Virus record (IMG/VR): IMGVR_UViG_3300034101_001322
Location: 30,530 to 94,529 of that record
DNA: 64,000 nucleotides
Strand: one strand, 5' to 3'
Source of the DNA: a virus
The position numbers were made by a program, and so were the translations under genes. Of this stretch, positions 58,373-64,000 are shown piece by piece. The notes below the pieces were generated by a model. The model was not told the origin of the DNA. It ran no database searches and saw only the letters and a program-made list of their open reading frames with translations. Position 1 is the first letter of the stretch. Every line of letters starts with the position of its first letter.

Positions 58373-58570
58373 ATGTGCCCATTATGTAATAATAAACTAA
58401 CACCTATCATATACACAAGAATAGTAGATGACCGCTATATGCAGATGCATAGAGATGGTTTGATAATCCTTGCTGGTGAAGCAAATCGTTATGGAGATGC
58501 TCCAAAATCATATTGTACTAAATGTCAGGAACCATTCGATAGACTGGTCCCAATAGATAATATGGCTTAA
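58373..58570 (+). CDS. Zinc-ribbon protein, leaderless
   Basis: CPLC...CTKC; TGATAAAAT-6 nt-ATG. Confidence 0.65.
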   Translation: MCPLCNNKLTPIIYTRIVDDRYMQMHRDGLIILAGEANRYGDAPKSYCTKCQEPFDRLVPIDNMA

Positions 58571-58752
58571 ACTACTGTTGGCTTACCGTTAAACAATGGA
58601 ACAGAATCCATTAGAACAACGTTACGGCTAGTGACATATCCACCCTGCTTTTCAAGTTGATCTGCAGCCTTTGGCTCATCTTCAGCCAGAATCTGAACAA
58701 TCATTTCTACCTTATATGTGAAGCAAGAAGTGTTCTCTACTTTGTCTTCCAT
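58567..58752 (-). CDS. Hypothetical protein
   Basis: SD AGGAG. Confidence 0.6.
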   Translation of the reverse strand: MEDKVENTSCFTYKVEMIVQILAEDEPKAADQLEKQGGYVTSRNVVLMDSVPLFNGKPTVV

Positions 58753-59028
58753 TTTATCTCCTATTGTTTATGGCGTTTCTTATTACCCTGAGCCTTGACT
58801 GCTTCTTTAGCAGCATCAACATAGAGTTTGGTTAGAAGTTCAATACGCCTATCGAATTCCAATTTCTTAATCTCTTTGGCTACTTCTGGATCATACTTTT
58901 CTGTCATCTTTAACCCACCTAAGTTTGCCATCTTTCCATACCTGGATGTAGCCCAAGGCTCTCCAGTCCATACGCATGATACTAGGTTCTTTCATATACT
59001 AAGTGTAGCAGTTGCAAATCAAAAAGTC

Positions 59029-59152
59029 AAAAGAGCAGTTGTTCAGAGAATTCTCTACCGCATGCTCAGGCGGTGTGCCCTTTATATTTAAAGTCCGATG
59101 GCGGGACTAGGTAGTTTAAGTTAATAATATTAGTCTCCTTGCCTAGGGCGAC
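59029..59152 (-). ncRNA. Candidate structured RNA with 3' H-type pseudoknot
   Basis: Promoter TTGACT-17-TATCAT; stems GU(C)GCCCU/AGGGCAC and AGUCC/GGACU; ACCGC-CUGAGCAU-GCGGU whose loop pairs with downstream UGCUC, then UUUU. Confidence 0.5.
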
Positions 59153-59262
59153 CATATAATGATACCAAAAAATATGATTAAAGTCAAGCGCAAAATAGAG
59201 GTTAAAGTTCGGCGGCAAATAGAAGTAACAAACCTCCCAATGCCCTATGAGGGCACCATTGG

Positions 59263-59484
59263 TTATATCTCTAGATCGCCCTTATCAAAGGTATAAAGTG
59301 TTCCCCACTTGTGGTAAGGTTTAAAGAATATGCTCCACATTTTTGCGTGGTATTTATAGCGCCAACCAAAGTCTTTATTATCATCTAGATAAACAACCTT
59401 AAGCAAGTGAGGAGCAGCAATTGCTTCACAGGCATTGGCAAACCACCGTAGTGGCAATATTCTGGTTTGATAGATAGGTTTCAT
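59263..59484 (-). CDS. Hypothetical protein
   Basis: ORF track; ATGA-coupled to an upstream small ORF. Confidence 0.5.
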   Translation of the reverse strand: MKPIYQTRILPLRWFANACEAIAAPHLLKVVYLDDNKDFGWRYKYHAKMWSIFFKPYHKWGTLYTFDKGDLEI

Positions 59485-59619
59485 ATCTGATTCCTAACAA
59501 ACTTAGCAGCCATCTTAAGACCCTTGACAAGTCCATCATGGTAGTCTTGGTTTTTGATCACCTTAGTTGTGTCCCATATGCGATAGGATTCTTTGTCTAA
59601 CAGGGCTGCAATCTCTTCA

Positions 59620-59793
59620 TTACTCAAAGTCAACCTGGCTTTCAAATATACTGGTCATGTAGTTATCTTCTCCTCTTGCAATCTTAGCAGCAGCAATACG
59701 CATACCTAAAGCATTTGTTACACCTGCATCAATCGGCAAGTTCTCAATCTCCCGTGCAATCTCTTCTCGCAGGGTTATCTCGTCTAGGCTCAT
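59620..59793 (-). CDS. 57-aa leaderless protein (not in ORF track)
   Basis: MSLDEITLREEIAREIE...AAKIARG; TGCTATACT-6 nt-ATG. Confidence 0.65.
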   Translation of the reverse strand: MSLDEITLREEIAREIENLPIDAGVTNALGMRIAAAKIARGEDNYMTSIFESQVDFE

Positions 59794-60062
59794 AGATCAA
59801 GTATAGCAAATTTTGGCGGGGATGTAAAGGAGAGACAATTACCCCCTATGTTAACCCCAAGACTGTTGCTGGAGATAAGCCATATAGTTGAGAAAGATGA
59901 ATAAGCCTAGTAGTAGGATAAGGAATGGTTTCATATTGCCATTATAGCCTATATGCCAGATAACCTTATATGCCAGATATGCCAGATATACGCCAGAGAT
60001 GAGGTTTGGATACCCTGGAACTTTAGCCTTTACTTAAGGTTTGTTAGCCTTTACTTAAAGAG

Positions 60063-60149
60063 TTATCCACAGGTCAAATAGGTAGTTATCCACAGGTTTA
60101 GTGGTTTGATAACGGTTTGATAACATAGTTATCCACAGGTTTATCCACA
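60063..60149 (+). promoter_or_regulatory. Cluster of four perfect DnaA boxes
   Basis: TTATCCACA at 60063, 60086, 60129 and 60141, same orientation, each followed by GGT. Confidence 0.8.
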
Positions 60150-60309
60150 GGTAGATCTTACTGATATTTTTTAGATTTATCTTGGAGTGGAGGAAAGTGG
60201 AGTAAAGTGGGTTATTGAGCATTTAGACAGATGGGCTCGTAATGTCCAAACCTCAAACCTTCTTACCACCAAACCTTCATATTGTCAAATCCCCAAACCT
60301 CGATAGCGG

Positions 60310-60338
60310 ATTATACATCCAAACCTCCTATTTGTCAA
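60310..60338 (-). promoter_or_regulatory. Perfect-consensus promoter pointing at the DnaA boxes
   Basis: TTGACA-17 nt-TATAAT on the minus strand. Confidence 0.8.
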
Positions 60339-60836
60339 GTCCCAAACCTTAAAAACCTCCTATAAAAACATAGACATTTTGCAGGATTTTGTCCAAATAA
60401 ATATATAAAGGTTTGTAAAATATCTAGAAAACCAGGGAAAAAGGTTTGATATCGTAATGTTTTATATAGGGGTAATTGTTGTGTATCTTTTGATCCCCCG
60501 CTGCGGGGCTGTCTACTAATCCTGGGATTCATCGCTGGGGCGGAGGATAAATAAGTGATGATCGTAATCTTATTAGTAGTATATACAACAACAAACCTCT
60601 ATACCTGGACATAAGGTTTGACATATAGAGGTTTGTATGATATAAGGTTTGGCTATGAATCTGGAAAAATATTTAAACCTTCGTAATAAGTTTTTAAGGT
60701 TTGGAAAAAGTCCATGAATCTGGAAAATTATTTGGAGTATCGTAATGTCTTTTTCGTAAATGAGGTTTGGGTGGTTTGTCCCATATGTCCGAATTCCGGC
60801 ACACCCGCCGCACATGGCGGCAGATGTGATCTTTAA

Positions 60837-61109
60837 CTACTCGTTGCTTTTTCCTTCTGCAAATTCTAGTAGTTGGTCAAGGTCTTCAAACCCTTCATCC
60901 TTAACTTTCAAACCAGCCAAGAATAATTCCCATGTCTCAGTGACATAACGAATACCATCATCAGAAGGTTGGCAAAGGTTTTCGCTGGTTAGATAAGCCA
61001 ATGGCAAACCTAAGTCGTTGAACTCAATAAAGTCTCCGAAGTTCTTGTCCTCTTTGTAATTAGAGTAAAGGTCTCCCAAGATGTCGCAAATGCTAGAAAA
61101 GTCTGTCAT
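60837..61109 (-). CDS. Hypothetical acidic protein
   Basis: FIEFNDLGLPLAY; coupled ORF. Confidence 0.6.
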   Translation of the reverse strand: MTDFSSICDILGDLYSNYKEDKNFGDFIEFNDLGLPLAYLTSENLCQPSDDGIRYVTETWELFLAGLKVKDEGFEDLDQLLEFAEGKSNE

Positions 61110-61326
61110 GATTGTATTCTACCTTCTTCTGTTCCTCTATGTCAAGTTGAAATTGTGCTGATTCTAATACTTCAAGTGCCCTGCGATAAATCAAGTAAGG
61201 TGTTGCCTTAGCAAGATAATAGCCAACCTTCTCCAAATCAAGGTGAAAGTCAGAAAGTAGTTTGCCAATTGCTATTGCAGTTTTCTCCTCGTTGCTGGTA
61301 CGAACGGCTTTGCTTATGCGATACAT
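61093..61326 (-). CDS. Hypothetical protein
   Basis: TGATACAAT promoter; SD GAGGAG. Confidence 0.6.
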   Translation of the reverse strand: MYRISKAVRTSNEEKTAIAIGKLLSDFHLDLEKVGYYLAKATPYLIYRRALEVLESAQFQLDIEEQKKVEYNHDRLF

Positions 61327-61352
61327 ACAAACTCCTCTCTATACATTGTATC

Positions 61353-61398
61353 AAAAAAATGGAGAGGGGGCAAGTCCACCACAACCTGCCCCCGTCTC
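61353..61398 (-). terminator. Intrinsic terminator
   Basis: GAGACGGGGCAGGT...ACTTGCCCCCTCTC-CATTTTTTT on minus. Confidence 0.65.
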
Positions 61399-61419
61399 AC
61401 TATATGGACAGGGTGACCC

Positions 61420-61785
61420 CTACCCCGCCGTATGCTCAGCCAAAACCTTAGAGCCATATGCATGCATGAATGCGTCCCAGTCTACGGGTACATTATCTGT
61501 AATAGTCTTGTTAGTAAAGTCGATGACGACCGTCTGCTCCCCAAGGTCATAGTTGGTCCCATTAATAGCGTAGATACCAAACCCTGTCTCATCAAGGATA
61601 TTGTGTTGAATAAGATAACTAATCATCATACGGGTGCCATAGGATGAATCCTGCCACCTAGGGGCTGCATGCTGCAGAGCATTAGCAATATCAATCTGCC
61701 ATTCAGTCTGTCCCCAGTGACTGTATAGTACTACACTAGGTCCGTCCTGTGAGTCTTTAAAGACAAAGTTTATACGTGCTCCCAT
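61420..61785 (-). CDS. Conserved phage early-type protein
   Basis: MGARINF...VLYSHWG. Confidence 0.6.
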   Translation of the reverse strand: MGARINFVFKDSQDGPSVVLYSHWGQTEWQIDIANALQHAAPRWQDSSYGTRMMISYLIQHNILDETGFGIYAINGTNYDLGEQTVVIDFTNKTITDNVPVDWDAFMHAYGSKVLAEHTAG

Positions 61786-62117
61786 TATTCTTCTCCCTCG
61801 ATATCTCCGTCAAAATCAATAACTACCTTGCTAACACGTCCGTCATCATTCATCTGGACATAGACAGGATAGAGACCGTCTCCATAGCCTGTGCTAAATA
61901 CTACAGCGCTGTTGCCTAGCCCACCATAGTTATTGGCAAGGGTAGTAGCGCTAGCACCTTGATAGGAATACTGACCTACCTTACCCTCTAGTTCCCATGC
62001 GTCATTCTTGTTAGTATCCCAGCCGTCAAGATAGCACGGGTCTCCAACCATGGCTTGACCGCTGTCGACTGCAAACGAGCCTGCGTAAGTTAATTCTGTT
62101 AGTGTTATTTTATTCAT
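61785..62117 (-). CDS. DUF4241-like protein
   Basis: VDSGQ..VGDPCY, FSTGYGDGLYPVY. Confidence 0.7.
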   Translation of the reverse strand: MNKITLTELTYAGSFAVDSGQAMVGDPCYLDGWDTNKNDAWELEGKVGQYSYQGASATTLANNYGGLGNSAVVFSTGYGDGLYPVYVQMNDDGRVSKVVIDFDGDIEGEE

Positions 62118-62296
62118 TATAGGGTCCCTTCGATATTCTTAGATTGACATTCGGCACATTCGCCATTGCTAACATCATCATACCAGTCTGTCTCAACGTC
62201 GTCAAGTTCCCCTGCGGCATTGTAGATCCCCAACTTATGGGATGTCTCATCGTACCAAAATTTGGTAGTCTGTCCACAGTCAAGGCACTTAGGCAT
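62117..62296 (-). CDS. Zinc-ribbon protein
   Basis: MPKCLDC...CAEC; SD AGGAG. Confidence 0.65.
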   Translation of the reverse strand: MPKCLDCGQTTKFWYDETSHKLGIYNAAGELDDVETDWYDDVSNGECAECQSKNIEGTL

Positions 62297-62567
62297 TCTT
62301 GCTCCTATCGTTGATAGCAAATGCTAGTTGATATGTTAATTGATATACAGCAGTTAGTGCGTCCATGTAACCTTCGTTATATAAACGTTCTACTGTATCT
62401 GAGTAGTCCTCATCAGAGCCTAACTCATTAGAGTTCTCCAGCAGAGGCACGAGTATCTTCTCACACTCATACATCATGTTCTTAAGTTCGCCATGTAGGA
62501 TATCAGTTCCTGATTCCCCTAGGTCCACTAGTTTTTGTAGTCTTGGTTCTAGTTGTGTTGTTTCCAT
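62289..62567 (-). CDS. Hypothetical acidic protein
   Basis: ORF track; coupled. Confidence 0.6.
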   Translation of the reverse strand: METTQLEPRLQKLVDLGESGTDILHGELKNMMYECEKILVPLLENSNELGSDEDYSDTVERLYNEGYMDALTAVYQLTYQLAFAINDRSKNA

Positions 62568-62708
62568 TACTTAATCATACCCTCTACCACTGACAAGATA
62601 TGACGGGCTGCGTATATCTGCCCATTAGTATGGATAATAGAGGCTAGGTCCCCATCAGGAAACTTCTCCAGGTCCTGCTCTAGGCTAATGATATGTATCT
62701 TTATATAC

Positions 62709-62894
62709 TCAGTCAGTTGATTCATCTTCATCCTCTTCTTCAGGTTCAGGCTGTTCTTCTACATCAATTGAGTAGACTTCAGCGCTGTAGGCATACTCTT
62801 CGTAATTCCAGCCTTCTTGCTCTGCGGCTTCAGCATTGTCTGCTTCAACCTCCATATAGTATTCAACAATTACCTTTACATCATACATTGGCAT
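62709..62894 (-). CDS. Hypothetical acidic protein
   Basis: EVEADNAEAAE motif common in small phage early proteins. Confidence 0.6.
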   Translation of the reverse strand: MPMYDVKVIVEYYMEVEADNAEAAEQEGWNYEEYAYSAEVYSIDVEEQPEPEEEDEDESTD

Positions 62895-63318
62895 TTGCTT
62901 CTATCTCCTTTAGTTGTTCTGGTGTTACACACTGTGGACAGCAATCAAAATCAAAGCCACCAAACTTATCACTAATAAGGTTATCAACGTCCTCTAGTTC
63001 TGAATTACAGCCCTCACAGAAAAACCACGGTACAGAAACCCTAACCTGTATAGTAGTATTATCAGGGAAAGGAACTTCAGTAATGAAATACCCAATACGA
63101 TTTACAAATCCCCAGCCAGACCATATGTAAGAGCCACCGTCATCACCATCTCCATACATCCAGATATGATTAGGGTGAGCCTTCTTTACAAACTCTACCT
63201 CTGCTCCATAGGTCTCAAACATCAAACCATCAAATGAGGCATTCGTATCTATATTATTAGGGATTGGTTTGTAGGTGGCTTCCCACTCTTCCATTGTCAT
63301 TTCTATAAAGTCGTTAAT
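62881..63318 (-). CDS. Hypothetical protein with C-terminal Zn ribbon; start probably ATT 63318 or ATG 63300
   Basis: FETYG.E..FV, VNRIGYFITE; the promoter at 63350-63378 lies inside the track ORF, so the track start is too early. Confidence 0.6.
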   Translation of the reverse strand: MNDFIEMTMEEWEATYKPIPNNIDTNASFDGLMFETYGAEVEFVKKAHPNHIWMYGDGDDGGSYIWSGWGFVNRIGYFITEVPFPDNTTIQVRVSVPWFFCEGCNSELEDVDNLISDKFGGFDFDCCPQCVTPEQLKEIEANANV

Positions 63319-63393
63319 TTGGGGGTTCCTTTCTTGGTGTCGTAATACAATTCTACTGGATGGGGAAAGGTTTGGCAACCTCGTAATAGGGTT

Positions 63394-63871
63394 TTAGGCT
63401 GTGACCTTCCTCACAGTCGCATCCTCTGAGCCAATAAAGATAATATTACTAAGCATTCCACACACGCAGTCAGGATCAATTGCTGGCGGGACCTTAGAGG
63501 TAACCTCAATCAAAGAATCACAGTTAGTACAAAGATAGTTATACTTGATCCACATTAGTCAAAGTACCCTTCTGCCCATAGCCCTGACAGGAAGTCTGAG
63601 GCTTGTGTAAGGTTTCTATGTAGCCAAGGGTCATCGTCAGGATTCACGGTAGTTAAAGCAGAATCAATAGCAAGAACCATGTTATCTAAATCATCTCTCT
63701 CATAGCCTAACATAGCCCACCACCATACTCATACATTAAATCCATTGCCATATGTAATTTACAATCACATTCTCCACCATTCATGTTATCCATGAAATCA
63801 AAATGAGAAAAGTTCTCATCATATATTTTTTGCATTAGTTCATCTATTGTGTAAGGTTTTGTTTGGGTCAT
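63394..63871 (-). other. Three coupled small ORFs (63707..63871, 63555..63713, 63394..63555), not in the ORF track
   Basis: 54, 52 and 53 aa with overlapping starts/stops, behind TTGACA-17-TAAAAT-6 nt-ATG. Confidence 0.6.
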
Positions 63872-63983
63872 GCATTAATTTTACAGGAAACTGGGAAATA
63901 TGTCAACTCTCCGTAATGAATGATTGATAAAATAAATAAAATCCGGCGCATTTTTATGCAGTGCGATGTATATTTATTACTTG

Positions 63984-64000
63984 CGCCCCGTACGAGATTT
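63984..64000 (-). tRNA. Possible 3' end of a tRNA (Glu-like) cut by the window edge
   Basis: Minus strand AAATCTCGTACGGGGCG looks like T-loop/T-stem/acceptor 3' strand; only 17 nt visible. Confidence 0.3.

Larger units (their letters stand above)
59950..60780. repeat. Non-coding repeat-dense locus: candidate replication origin or genome-end control region
   Basis: 4 x TTATCCACA, 16 exact AGGTTTG/CAAACCT, 5 x TCGTAAT, tandem TATGCCAGATA and TTAGCCTTTACTTAA repeats; no credible ORF. Confidence 0.8.

Noticed and set aside
59950-60780. CRISPR array or mini-array (a Cas4-like gene is present)
   Set aside because: Repeats are 7-15 bp, irregularly spaced and in both orientations; there is no repeat-spacer periodicity and no other cas genes
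60335-60948. Track ORFs 60335..60532, 60573..60815 and 60760..60948
   Set aside because: No RBS or leaderless promoter, atypical composition, and they run across the repeat array or antisense to a better gene
62565-62596. Leaderless promoter TATGAT-6 nt-ATG for 62289..62567
   Set aside because: It lies inside an upstream 52-aa ORF that is TAATG-coupled to this start and has no properly spaced -35, so it is ambiguous and was not counted
1-64000. Prophage or cellular chromosome
   Set aside because: No integrase, repressor cassette, rRNA or housekeeping operons; dnaE, recA and dnaB sit within phage synteny

Overview
This is a 64-kb internal segment of a large, AT-rich (roughly 35-38% GC by eye), apparently lytic long-tailed siphophage. 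The host is most likely an actinobacterium, given the WhiB-family gene, DnaE-type polymerase and many leaderless genes. A low-GC freshwater acI/Nanopelagicales-type host is an inference. Plus strand (1-50445): 3' end of the major capsid gene, neck and tail genes with a 2484-aa tape measure, and a replication/recombination block (DnaB, DnaG, gp32-like SSB, DnaE, MazG, RecA, Hjc-like, Cas4-like, RuvC-like). These are followed by terminase, an island of secreted, membrane and protease genes, tRNA-Asn and tRNA-Gly, Hsp20, HNH, CHAP endolysin, SNase, thioredoxin, WhiB, a DenV-like glycosylase and a putative holin. Minus strand (50494-64000): a glycosylation cluster, tRNA-Arg(UCU), a tRNA(CAU), a PD-(D/E)xK nuclease and many tiny early-type genes. 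Most notable features not explained by the ORF track: (1) an ~850-bp non-coding locus with four perfect DnaA boxes, 16 copies of AGGTTTG/CAAACCT and embedded promoters; (2) a candidate host-surface remodelling system; (3) two promoter-driven structured ncRNA candidates, one ending in a pseudoknot; (4) a ROSE-like thermometer on hsp20; (5) SD-supported AUU starts; (6) tail chaperones G/GT apparently made by gene duplication instead of frameshifting. All calls are from motif recognition only; no searches were run.
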